The notes beneath the pieces were generated by a model that did no database searches, was not told where the DNA came from, and saw nothing but the letters and a program-made list of their open reading frames with translations. A stretch of DNA of 64,000 nucleotides from NCBI RefSeq assembly GCF_046119375.1, contig NW_027362764.1:554156001-554220000 (forward strand), given 5' to 3'. This stretch comes from Phyllobates terribilis. Its lineage: Eukaryota. How positions within the stretch are numbered: the first letter of the stretch is position 1; every line of letters starts with the position of its first letter. The position numbers and the translations under genes were made by a program. Shown here in pieces: positions 25,658 through 37,279 of this stretch.

Positions 25658-28600
25658 ATGAGTGGAAAAAGGCCTGCTGCTGGTGGAAAGGGGAATAGGC
25701 GTGTTGGGAAGGGGAAAAAAGGTTGTGTCCGTGGGGTAGGTGTTAAAGCAACAGTAACATCTGCAGAAGAAAGACCATCTTCCAGCCAAACTAAAATGTC
25801 TACTTCTTTTAGCGGACAATGTGATAAGATCCCTTTCTTACGGCCACGCCAATCGCTACAAGTTCCAGATGAGGCACAAAAACAGCAGGTGCTTCAACGG
25901 ATATCAAGTGCTCCTTTAAGTGGGCTCTCCTCCACATCAACTTCAACATCACAAATACTCCAGTTCTCAAAGGTGTCACCCAAATCGCACTTGCTTCCTC
26001 ACAGCTCCCAAATCTCCAGCTGCCCGTCTGAGTATGAGGTAGAACAGATGGTTGAGTCTGCAGAGCTGTTTACTCATACTATAGCCTGGGAATCAGAGGT
26101 CGACTCCAGCGCTTCTGTGAATCCAGACGAGGAAATGATCTGCACTGATGCCCAGAATCTTTATGAGTCGGATCCAGGACCAGACGCAGAAGGTTCTGAC
26201 CATAATGTAGACCCTCATTCCCAAACTGTAACTCCTGTTGGTGGAGACAATGAGGAAGACGATGATAAGACTCAAATACCTGATTGGAGCGACAACTTTA
26301 GTTTTTTGTCAGGGCAGGAACAGGTTGGCTCTGAGGACGACGGGTGTGATAACGCACAGGGTGATGATGATGAGGTCGGAGATCCCACTTACTGTCAACC
26401 CACAGTCAGCCAAGAGATGAGGTCAGCAGAGGAGGTGGAGGAAGATGCTAGTGACGACGAGGTCAGGTTGCGCCTTCCTGGACAGAGGCGTAGTACTGGA
26501 AGCACGTCAACAACTGCATCCTCAAACACAACTCTGCCTCTCACCACAAGTCGTGGTGGCTCTTCAGGTCGCATGGGTGCTAAGCCTTGCATAGCCTGGG
26601 CATTTTTTCAGATCGATAAAGATGACCCAACTCGTGTTATCTGTAACATTTGTCAGCAAAAGCTAAGTAGAGGCCAAAAAATACATAGTTTGAGTACTTC
26701 ATGCATGAACCAGCATATGGACATGAAGCATAAGTTGCAGTGGGAAGCTCAGTGTGCTACAATGCGGCCTAGCCGGCCGGGCCAACCACCGTCTGCCATA
26801 TCTTGTGCATCCGCGGCCTCTTCATCCTCTGTGACTGGGGGGACAGCAGTCACACCTGTTTTGGGGCGCAGACCGGCCACCTCTTTACCCGCAACAGCCA
26901 GCGTGATTGGCAGGTCATCATTTTCTTTGGAGGTGGTAACACCAGCTGGTATTGAGCGCTGTCCGACATCGATAGCACCACCTTTGGATGAAGGCAACCT
27001 AACATGTCCGCCTGCATCTTCCTCACAGACCGGCAGTTTGCCGGGGACACCTTTATCAACCCCGTCTAAGCACAATAGCCAGCCCTCGGTCCCTCAGATG
27101 TGGACAAGTAAAAGACCATTTCCTCCTAGCCATGAGAAAGCTAAGAGGTTGAATTTCACCATCTGCAAGCTCTTGGCTACAGAAATGCTGCCTTTCCGCC
27201 TGGTGGACACAGAGAATTTACGAGACCTTATGTCCGTCGCAGTGCCCCAGTACCAGATGCCCAGTCGGCACTACTTCTCAAAGAAAGGTGTGCCTGCGCT
27301 CCACCAGCATGTCGCACATAACATCACCGCTTCTTTGAGAAACTCTGTGTGTGACAGGGTGCATTTCACCACAGACACTTGGACGAGTAGGCATGGACAG
27401 GGGCGTTACATGTCGCTGACTGGGCACTGGGTAACTATAGTGACAGCAGGACAAGGGGCTGCTGTCCAAGTCTTGCCGTCCCCACGAGTTGTGCGTCAAT
27501 CCTCTTTATGTCAAAGTTCCTCCACTGCTTCTGCCTCCTCAACCTCCTCTCGGTCTTCCACCTGCACCCAAAGCCTGTCTGGTCATGCCACAAGCTTTCT
27601 AACTGCGCAGAAGGGATCCTGCACACCTCCTTACTATGCTGGCAGTAGGGCTCAACGTCATCAGGTGGTTTTTACATTGAAATGTCTGGGAAATGTGAGT
27701 CACACAGCTGAGGAGTTGTGGTCAGCTCTGGAGAACCAATTTCATGAATGGTTGTCTCCACTGGACCTGAAACCAGGGAAGGCCGTGTGCGACAATGCTG
27801 CAAACCTGGGTGCGGCCCTTCGCCGGGGCAATGTCACACACGTGCCTTGTATGGCTCACGTGTTGAACCTGGTTGTCCAGCAATTTTTAGCCCACTATCC
27901 CAGACTAGATGGCCTTCTGCAGAGGGCACGGTCGCTGTGTGCTCACTTCCGCCGTTCGCATCCCGCAGCTCAGCGACTTACATCTCTACAGAAGTCGTTG
28001 GGCCTGCCACTTCACCGGCTAAAATGCGATGTGCCTACCCGGTGGAATTCAACTCTGCACATGTTGCAGCGACTGTGGCAGCACCGACAAGCCCTGGTGC
28101 AATACGTTCTGACGTATAGCCTGGGCCAACGAGATTCAGAGGTGGGGCAAATCACGCTGGAGGAGTGGTCTCAGATCAGGGACCTATGCACCCTTCTGCA
28201 CAGTTTTGAAATGGCGATGAAGATGTTTAGTGCTGACGATGCCATTATCAGCATGACTATTCCGGTGATTTACATGCTGGAGCACATGTTAAACAGAATT
28301 CGGAGTCAGGTGGTGGCACAAGAGGAGGTGGAGGAAGTAGAGGAGGAGGAGTTGTATGCAGAAGGGCTAACATCTGCAAGGTCCAGAAGGTCGGCAGCAC
28401 CAAGGCGGCAGGCATGTGAGGGTGGGGGAGATGGTTTTACCAGGGCGCATGGTAGCAGCCAAACTAGTGAGGAAGGTGCAGGAGCCCAGGAAGAAGTGGA
28501 GGACGAACTGATGGAAGACTCATCAGATGAGGGAGACCTTGATCACATTTCTGTTGTGCGAGGTTGGGGGGAGAGGACAGAGGAAGGAAGCATGATTGTT

Positions 28601-29247
28601 ACCTCGCCACCAACACAACAGGGACTTGGTGCTCCTGGATGCGCAACACACATGAGTGCCTTCTTGCTGCACTACCTGCAACATGACCCTCGAATTGTGA
28701 GAATTAGAAATAATCCTGACTACTGGGTTGCCACACTGTTAGATCCCCGGTACAAAAGTAAATTTGCAGAAATTATTCCAACTTGCCAACCGTGGGACCG
28801 TCAAGTGTTCAGCACTCAAACCGTAACAGAACTACAGTATCTGCTGGTAACATCAATTTTGCGGAATCATTTCACCACTTTTTTAGCCCATCCTTTGCAA
28901 GGCCACAGGAGACAAGAAGTCTGACACATAGTCAACGCCTAGAGACGATGGTACAGGAGTATCTCCAAGTAAACATTGAAGCCACGACTGTGTCACTGGA
29001 CCCTTGCTCTTTTTGGGCTTCCAATCTGGATAAATGGCCGGAGCTAGCCACTTACGCCTTGGAGATCTTGTCATGCCCCGCAGCCAGCGTTCTGTCTGAA
29101 CGTGTGTTCAGCGCTGCTGGTGGTGTGCTGACAGATAAGCGCACGCGGCTCTCCACTGATAATGTAGACAGACTCACGTTCATAAAGATGAACAAATCAT
29201 GGATCCGAAACGACTTTTCTACCCCTGTGTCATCCTGGGGAGAGTAA
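25658..29247 (+). pseudogene. hAT transposase, frameshifted by a 112-bp deletion at ~28779
   Basis: The 1088-aa ORF carries the BED finger, D (FTTDTW), D (VCDNAA), CxxH and RW. The catalytic E (LSERVFS) lies in another frame (ORF 28783-29247). Relative to copy 3, bases 56557-56668 are missing between TTCC microhomologies. Confidence 0.95.
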
Positions 29248-29464
29248 AAGCTTGATGATTGGTTAAAATCACCCTACCAAACGTTTTAAGCTTTCAAATT
29301 ACTAATCATGTTTATCTGTATCTTGACTGGAAAATAATTTGGGCTTTGTAGCAGTGTGCAGCACTGATCCTATTAGGCCATCTATAATAAGCTCCACCAG
29401 ATTTAAAATTAAAAATAATTTTTAGCTGCATCTAGCCCGGAAAATAATTTTGGGGCTCCGAGAT

Positions 29465-29571
29465 GCGCAAGACACATAAGTGCTTTCTTGCTGCACTACC
29501 TGCAGCATGACCCTCATATTGTCAGAATTCGAAGTAATCATGACTACTGGGTTGCCACACTCTTAGATCCC
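29465..29571 (+). pseudogene. Duplicated hAT transposase fragment (LHYLQHDP...LLDP), continued at 30947-31016 beyond the Tc1
   Basis: Sequence matches the transposase C-terminal third. The Tc1 end abuts the TA of (T)TACATGTGCTTTTCC. Confidence 0.85.
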
Positions 29572-30946
29572 CCAAACTTTTCGATCAACCTTTTCATTTT
29601 AATAAAGACCAAAAAAATGGTCATTTTTGAAATTATAAGCATTAGCAGGTTGTTAGAAACTGAAATCAAACAGTTTTCAACTCAAAACTTTATTCTAGGT
29701 GATGTTACATTTTCACATAGGACCCCTTGTTCGAAAGGAGCTTCTGAACTCTCTCGTCCATTGAATTTGTCAGGTTTTGGATGGTTTCTGCTTCAATTGT
29801 TTTGCATGAGGACAGAATACCCTCCCAGAGCTGTTGCTTAGATGTGAACTGCCTCCCGCCATCATAGACACTCCTTTTAATGATGCTCCAAAGGTTCTGA
29901 ATGGGGTAGAGGTCAGGGGAGCATGGGGGTCACACCATAAGTTTGTCCCCTTTTATGCCCATATCAGCCAGAGATGCAGATGTTTTATGTGCAGCATGAG
30001 ATGGTGCATTATCATGCAGAAAAATGATGTTGCTGTGAAATACACGGTTCTTCTTCTTGAACCATGGCAGGAAGTGCTGTTTGAGAAAATCCACATACAT
30101 TATGGAGTTCATCTTTAGCGCCTTCAGGGATCCTAAAGGGGCCGACAATCTCTCTCCCCATGATTCCAGCCCAAAACATTACTCCACCTCCTCCTTGTTG
30201 GCGCTGTAGCCGTGTTTGCGTGGGGTGTCCATCAACCAGCCATCCTCCACTCCATCCATCTGGACCATCGAGCGCTGCACGGCACTCATCCGTGAACAAA
30301 ACAGTTTTGAAATCAGTCTTCATGTAATGTTTGGCCCACTGGAGCCGTTTCTGCTTGTGTGAAGTGGATAGAGGAGGTCGACAGGATGGCGTATGCACAG
30401 CTGCAAACCTCTGAAGGACCCTGCATCTTGTTGTTCGGGGGACGTTGGAGGCACAACTAGCTTCAAAAACTTGTCTGCTGCTATGACAAGGCTTTTTTGC
30501 CGCTGCTCTTTCAACCTGACGTAATTGCCTGTAGGAAAGAGTCCTCAATTTGCCCTTATCAGCACGCACACGTGTGTACTGTGAATCAGCTACATACTTC
30601 TTGATTGCCAAGACACTTCATCCTGATCATCGCACAATGTTGATTGTAGTCATGCCTTGACCTAAACACTCCACAATTTGTTGCTTCTCAGCAGCCGACA
30701 CATCCTTTTTCTTTCCCATTTTGGCAGAAAATGTAGGCTGCTTAATAATGTGAGAGAGCCTTCTTAAGTAGTCTTGCCTTTCATTGGACACACCTGCCAA
30801 ACTAATTAGCACAGGTGTCTGCAATTGCTTACAGTGATATAAAGAGCCCTGACACACATCACCATCAATGAGTTTAACTGACAAACAAACAAATTCTTCC
30901 CTTATCACTCCTAAACACTTTTTGCATAATAATTTGGAACGCGGTG
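29572..30946 (-). mobile_element. Dead one-ended Tc1-like element, cargo of hAT copy 2
   Basis: MGKKKDVSAAEKQQIVECL (paired-like HTH), VLFTDECR, FLHDNAPSH. WPPCSPDLNPIE is degraded to *PPCSPDLYPIQ. One TIR (..TGCATAATAATTTGGAAC..GTG|TA) at the right. Confidence 0.9.
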
Positions 30947-31016
30947 TACATGTGCTTTTCCACAAAACACCAGCGGTTCACGTAGTGAATCTTAGAGTTC
31001 TAACTTGCCAACCGTG

Positions 31017-32840
31017 GTCTGTATGGAATTGTTCAATAAAGGGCCCAAAATTAAGATAACATAGATGGGAGAGGTCTCTATGAATAGGAATTCCTAAGTA
31101 TTTGATACCCTGTGAGGGCCAGGCAAAGGGAAAGTTGGACTGGATGGAATCCTATATGGATTTGGGGAGGGAGACATCGAGGGCCTCAGACTTCGCTGCA
31201 TTGATTTTAAAATTTTACCATGTAACAAAGTGATCTATTTCAGCCATAACAGCATGGATGGATATATGTGATTGAGTGATATATACTAGGACATCATCAG
31301 CAAATAGAGAGCACTTGTACTCGGTGCCTCCCACCTCAATCCACCTAATATTGGGGTTATGGCGAATTGATGAGAGCAGGTGCTCCGTCACTAGGATGTA
31401 TAAGAGAGGGGACAGAGGACATCCCTGCCTTGTCCCATTGGTGATTGTGAAAGGTGATGAAAATGTTCTGACGCACCCCCTGGGCCTTGGGACACCCGGA
31501 GCCGGACCCTTTTTGGTGGATGCTGGTGGTTGTAGTCTTCGTGGCGGCGACCCGGTTCCGTGGCTCAGGGCGGTCAAACCAGTGGCGGAACTATTTATGT
31601 GGTTTTGATGTTTAAATGTCCGACTACGCCACCCGTGGATTGCGGTCAGAGTGAACCGCCGCTACAGGGCAGACCGCTGAGGCTGGTGTTGTGGGTGCAG
31701 CAGAGCGTAGCATAACTCCCCACGGGAGGAGTATAGCCTCAGGGCAGTGTATGCGGAGGATGGGGGTGATGGTGCAGGGCAGCAGCAGTAACGACACGGA
31801 GTCAGTGATGCAGTCCAGGGCCTTTACTCACAGTTCTTATTATCCAGACCACGTTTGCAGGTAACGGCTGCCCACGTCGTACTGTGCTCACCAGGTGAGG
31901 GGCTCAGACAACTCCCAGATAACTTTGGAGCACTTCACAGGACCCCCTTTGTGTGTCCTTTGTCTGGCCTTTCTTACCAACACTTCTGTCCGGCTGCCTC
32001 GGGCCTCCTCTTGGTAAACTTGGCGCCAGTTTCCCTGACCCTATGTGGTGCCTTCCTAGCGGGTGTAGCGAGGGGCTGCGCCACATAAAATGTCAGAGCC
32101 TCCGGTTTCTAGCTGAGGGTCGTTTCCTGCCTCCACTAGTTCAGGGACTGGTCTCCCCCTTTGGCCTGACCCCTCCACGCAGGTGGATTCGGGCGTGCGG
32201 TGGCGACTCGCCCGTCCGCACCCCTGGGATCCCTTCATTCCTCGTTCCTGGAGCCTTCTCCGCTCCTCTTCCTTCCTTCTCCCTCTTCCAGGCCTGGGCC
32301 TCTGTTACTAGGCCCGCCTCCGGAGCAGATCTCATGCTGAGCCTCTGCTCCCTGCCACTTCTGCTCAGACTTCTCTGCACTGAACTAAGATGGTGCCCAC
32401 CTTTTATACTCCCTTCTCAATGCACCCAGGAACTGCTTCCTCCCTGCTCCTGCACTACAGGGTTCCCCTTCCTCAGTGTTCCCTCCCCCCACTCCAGCCA
32501 GGGACAGGGACTGTCGTGCCCATCTCAGGGGCATATTGGTCGCCCTGCCCCACGGCAATGTGGTGTAATGCATGCAGGTGTCGGGTCCTGATCCACACTC
32601 CATCCTTACCTGAGAGTGAGATATCACACCTCTGGGTGAGGTGCAATACGTCTGTAGCAACCGAGCCCTCAGGGTGCTACAGTTCCATTTATCTTCAGCC
32701 TAGGTGACGTATTGCGATACAGGGCCGTGATTTTGGCTATAAAAGGGTCCCCTAGACCCCTACCCCAAGCTTTTTAAGAGAATCATATATGGCGTGCCAG
32801 GAGACTCTATGGAATGCTTTCTCAGCATCCAACGAGAGTA
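31017..32840 (-). mobile_element. L1-clade LINE reverse-transcriptase fragment (split by a solo LTR), cargo of hAT copy 2
   Basis: LSLDAEKAFHRV...LKINGT (32682-32840) joins FSSPFTITNGTRQGCPLSPLLY...LFADD...KYLGI (31017-31468). Confidence 0.9.
31469..32681 (-). mobile_element. Solo LTR within the L1 cargo (1213 bp)
   Basis: TGAC...TACA termini and 4-bp TSD GTTC. The L1 frame is restored on removal. Minus-strand TATAAAA (~32405) then AGTAAA (~31825). Confidence 0.82.
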
Positions 32841-32949
32841 TCTAATTACAAATTTTTAACTGCATCTAGCCCAGGAAATACTTAGTGCCTAGTAGCAGTG
32901 TCTGCTAGTCAGCGGATTATCCCGGCTGTTAAGCAAGCTACACCACCTG

Positions 32950-33218
32950 TAGTTTAGACACTTAATTTTTTCAAAGGAAATGCTTCGGGACCATGGGATA
33001 CTCAGTGAAGAGCATCAGCAGGCACCCCAAGGCATAGGGGCTGGGACTGGCAGTAGGATGCCTTGCGGTGGACAGCCGAGCTCGATCCTTATAAAAGCTT
33101 TTTAACTGCAGCAGCTTTAGTGGACGCTACTGGAGCTGGAATTACGCGGCTGCTGGCATGAGACTTGCCCTCCAATAGATCCTTGTAAATGGATTTAAAG
33201 TGTATTCATTCAAATTAG
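32950..33218 (-). rRNA. 18S: Non-functional 18S rRNA fragment (~270 bp; helix-18/530-loop into V4), cargo of hAT copy 2
   Basis: Minus strand reads ACTTTAAATCCATTTACAAGGATCTATTGGAGGGCAAGTCTCATGCCAGCAGCCGCGTAATTCCAGCTCCAGTAGCG...GCTGCAGTTAAAAAGCT...CCCGAAGCATTTCCTTTGAAAAAATT. This matches, from memory, vertebrate 18S (GGAGGGCAAGTCTGGTGCCAGCAGCCGCGGTAATTCCAGCTCCAATAGCG...). Confidence 0.88.
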
Positions 33219-33724
33219 AGAGACAATTTAAATTAAAAAGCTTAGAGCTGCCTCCACCACAGGGGGGCTCGCTCGACCCACCAGCGGACAGGCACCAGTA
33301 TTGGGAGAGGGGGGCTGGCCATCAGGGTTCACCGCGGCTCTGGCACAAACCCGGCGACACGGAGGTGGCACGGGCAGGAGCGGACTGGCCGTGTCGGCTT
33401 CTCACTTTTTGGATTTTAGAAGGGCATGACATGCCTATATCTGTGTCTCCCCCTCCTTTTACTCCTCCACCTCTTTTATTTTCGCATGACTATATGTACT
33501 TGTCAATTTTCCATGTGTTAGTTGTGTCTTCTGAGCAGTTTGTCAGCTTTTGGATACCTTTTGAAGGTGTTTTCTATGTGTTTCTATGTGTTTTTGTTTG
33601 CCTGCCATTGGTTTTAACGGTGTTCGAAGGTGTTCGACGAACAGTTCGACGAACAGTTCGGCGAACACACGGGTGTTCGACGAACCGAACCGAACTCGAA
33701 CACTACGGGGGTGGCTCAACACTA

Positions 33725-35070
33725 ATCATAATCCTATTGTGACGGTTGGTTGTCATGGCCAGCATCATAGTAATCAACATTTTTGCCTAGACTGTCTGCC
33801 TCGTTCATTGTCTGTGCCTAGTCTTTGTCCTCTTCCACTGCCACCTGCTCCTGCTATTCTTCATCCTATTCCTCTTCGTCTTCATCCTCCAATTCATACT
33901 CACATGGACCTTCAAAGTTCCCAAAAGACATAAGGTGATGTTGAACAGGTACAAATTGGAGTGCTTCCTCTATCCCCTCTTGCATGCTGGTGAGTGATTT
34001 TCCAGAATAAATATTAGTGGGACTACATAACTGATTCCTCGTGTGTTCCTAATGATAAATTTGGTTGCTTCTTCAAAGCCCTTATATAGGTGACAAGCTT
34101 CTCTCATTAGCTTCCAATGTCGGATCTCAAAGTAACTCACTCTCGAGCTTAAAAGCTACTTGTTGTAGTGCGTCACTGCTTTATGTTGTTTATAGAAACA
34201 CTCGAATATATATATAGCATCAAATTTTAGTGGGTTGTGATATTTTAAACCAGAATTCTAGGCTCCAGAAGGCTATTTTTTGCAAAGCCAGTAGGGCATA
34301 CTTAGCCACATAAGACTTATTGAAATGGGCTAACACTTTTCTGTCCATAGTCTCTGTCTTTCTCAAACATGTATATTTGCAAAGGAAATCTTGTACTGTT
34401 AAATTGAGGACATGGGCCATGTCAGAATGTTCATGACATTGTCGCTCACTACAATTCCAAATTGCAGTTCATATATAGCCAGAGAGTTGGCTAATTGCCT
34501 CTTAATGCAGCAACTCTTTCTCCATTTGGCTTTTCTTCCCCTGGCTCTTAAACTGTAAAACTGCTTGGCAGCACTTACCTTGTATTAGTGAAAAGAATGA
34601 GGGCACTTTGAGGAATCTACTGTTCACCCTGAGCTTGCTGGGGATGAGGTCATGTCAGTTAAGCAGAATCCAAGGGAGGAGTGGCAGGAGACAGATAACC
34701 ACCACCTGACGGAGGAAACAGAAAAATCTCTTACTTCTTTTCCACATGTGGTGGTGTATCGCTGTCACTTAAATTATTCACCAAGCAAGCCGTGAAACTC
34801 ATGTATTGTCCCTCACCATAGTTGCTGCTCCAGGTATCTACATTGCAGTGCACTTTGAAGATCAATGACAAGCACAGAAAGCGGCCTACATTGTCCTGCA
34901 TGTGAAATCAGAGATTGGACAACTTTTTCTGTGAGAAAGAATGGTGGCTTGGTATCGCTTCCAGAGAGCCTACCTTGAGTGCATGCCATCATTTTTTGAA
35001 AGGCAGAAGAATCCACAACCTGGTAACGCAGTAACTGCACCACCAGCAACTTGAAAAGAAGCAAGTTTAT
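33725..35070 (-). pseudogene. Older hAT transposase relic, N-terminal/central part
   Basis: Minus strand: KLLVVQLLRYQVVDSSAFQKMM, KVHCNVDTWSSNYGEGQYMSFT (first D), MAHVLNLTVQDFL, then an acidic tract near 33860-33900. Confidence 0.82.
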
Positions 35071-35919
35071 TTTTCAATCCAGTGGACTCAGGTGACATGC
35101 GTATAAGTCTAATATTACACTTATTGGAGCAATGAAGAGGACTCAACACATTATTTCAAGCAACACACACACTTTAATATCGGAACACTTGTGTTTAAGG
35201 TTCAGGATTATTTAGTTTTTTTACTCTTTAAAAAAAAAATAAAATAAAAAAAGTCCACGTACCTGTACCAAATAGGATAGGACCAGGAAATTTAGGTAAA
35301 ATCATGTCTCTATAGCAAGCACATGTAGCTGACAGCTATATTCAGATGGCGTGTGTCCATGTCTAATACTACTGTATTAGAGCAATAAAGAAGGTTAACA
35401 AAATGATTATAAACAATGAGCACATCTTGATAGGTAATCATTTATGTTTAATTTACAGAATTTGACAGATTTCTCTTTCTAAATAAATTGTAGATCTTAA
35501 AACATGGATCGGACTTTCATTTACAAACAGATGCAAGTTTTGATTTCAGATTTAGTTGCAAAATCTGCAATGAGTGGTTTAATACTACCCTTTCTTGATA
35601 TGACTGTGTGAGAAACAAAACAAATAATAAAAATACAGCTAAGGGTGCAATTGGTTTTGCATATCACAGATGTATTATTTCACACTCTGAGTCATGATGA
35701 TGAGACTGCTTCTACAGTTCACTGTATATCACTTCAATCTTTGATTTTTATTCACAGACTCAGACTACTACTCCCATTTTCAATATGGTACATCAGCACT
35801 GAATTATTACACTGTAATCGTAATATGCCTTGATTTATCCCTTTCCTATGTGCTCTGAGCACTCCTGTCACTAAATAGTGCAGACATAAAATGGTGTTCT
35901 TGGCCGGCATATACGTTAA

Positions 35920-36215
35920 AGTGGTTTGCAAAGGTATTCACCTCCCTTGGTATTTTTTGTGTTTTGCTACTTCACAACCTGGAATTTCACTATTTTTTTT
36001 TGAGGGTTTGCATCAGTTTATGTAAAGAACATGCCTACTAACTGTGAACATTTGGGTTTCTTTTTATTGTGAAGTAAACAACAAATAAGAAAAAAAACTG
36101 AAAACTTCAGTGTGCTGAACTATTCTCCCCCCTAAAGTCAGGACTTTGTAGAGCCTCCTTTTGTGACAATTACAGATGTAAGTTGCTTTGGATAAGTATC
36201 TATGAGCTTCCGACA
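35920..36215 (+). mobile_element. Tc1-family left-end remnant
   Basis: AGTGGTTTGCAAAGGTATTCAC...AAAGTCAGGACTTTGTAGAGCCTCCTTTTG resembles long-TIR Tc1 ends; no ORF. Confidence 0.55.
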
Positions 36216-37279
36216 TTTTTATTTTTTCATCAATATGGCCATGTGAGGGCTTGTTATTTTCAGGACGAGTTGTAATTTTGAACGACACCATTGACTTTAC
36301 CATATAGTGCACTGGTAAACGGGGAAAAAATTCAAAGTGCGGTAAAATTGCAAAAAAAAGTGCAATTCCACAATTTTTTTTTTTTTAATAATGCTCACTA
36401 AATACTAAAACTGACTATTATGATTCTCCAGGTCAGTACAAGTTTGTAGATAGCAAACTTGTGCAGGTTATTTTTTATTTAAGTGGTGAAAAAATATCCG
36501 AAGTGTGTTAAAAAAATGGCACCATATTCCGAGACCCATTGCATCTCCATTTTTCATGATCTGGAGCTGGGTGGGGAATTATTTTTTGTGCACTGAACTG
36601 ACACTTTTTTTTATGTCATTTATGGTTAGATATGATGTGTTGACCGCCTGTTATTGCATTTTATTGCAATGTTACGGCGACCAAGAAAAACGTTATTCTG
36701 GTGTTTTGACTTTTTTCTCGTTACGCCATTTACTGATCGGATTAATCCTTAGATTTTGATAGATCGGGCGTTTCTGAATGCAGCAATACCAAATATATCT
36801 ATTTTTTAGTCTGATTTTATTGTTTCATTTTGAATGGGGCAAAAGGAGGAAAAATTCTGCTGAAAAAAGTAGCTATTTGGGAAATGTTATTTATTAACTA
36901 TTTTGTGTGGTATGGCTATCTGGTTTAAGGATAAAAGTTGCAAATTTTTCTAAATTTTCATCATATATTTTCACAAAAAAAGAGAAATAAATAAATGATA
37001 CAAGAGTATACACATGGGTATGAGTGTAAAAATATTATCTTGTACATATATATATACTCTGTTGACTATAAATGGATAGATAACCCAACTATGGACTAAG
37101 TAATGGATATAAGGACAATCAAAGACATAATAAATAAAAGGGGGGAGAACAACTTTGAAACAGGAGTCTAAATGATTACGTGGAAAATAATTTTAATTAT
37201 CAATCAATTAAGGTTTGATTATGGTCCTGATTATAATGACATGATCACATACAGTACGATTGCCTTCATCTCTTCACTC

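Larger units (their letters stand above)
22228..33724 (+). mobile_element. Large composite hAT DNA transposon, copy 2 (11,497 bp)
   Basis: TAGAGATGAGCG at 22228 and GCTCAACACTA ending at 33724. Perfect TSD ATCATAAT (22220-22227, 33725-33732). Collinear with copy 3. Confidence 0.96.

Noticed and set aside
29488-29841. 117-aa ORF after the transposase (also 57377-57730) as a novel fusion gene
   Set aside because: Non-ATG start; a chance read-through from the duplicated transposase scrap into the antisense Tc1 3' UTR.
29572-30946. Tc1 cargo as a second active transposase (two-enzyme element)
   Set aside because: Frameshifts, W>stop and catalytic E>Q (WPPCSPDLNPIE to *PPCSPDLYPIQ) are shared by both copies, and one TIR is missing.
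32950-33218. Functional 18S rRNA gene
   Set aside because: Only ~270 bp, with substitutions and a deletion in the invariant 530-loop motif, and no ETS/ITS/5.8S/28S context.
33200-33742. Conserved ORF in the right subterminal region (also 5-559, 61089-61505) as a second hAT gene
   Set aside because: Non-ATG or variable starts, different lengths and ends among copies, runs through TIR motifs and into flank, and no recognisable domain.
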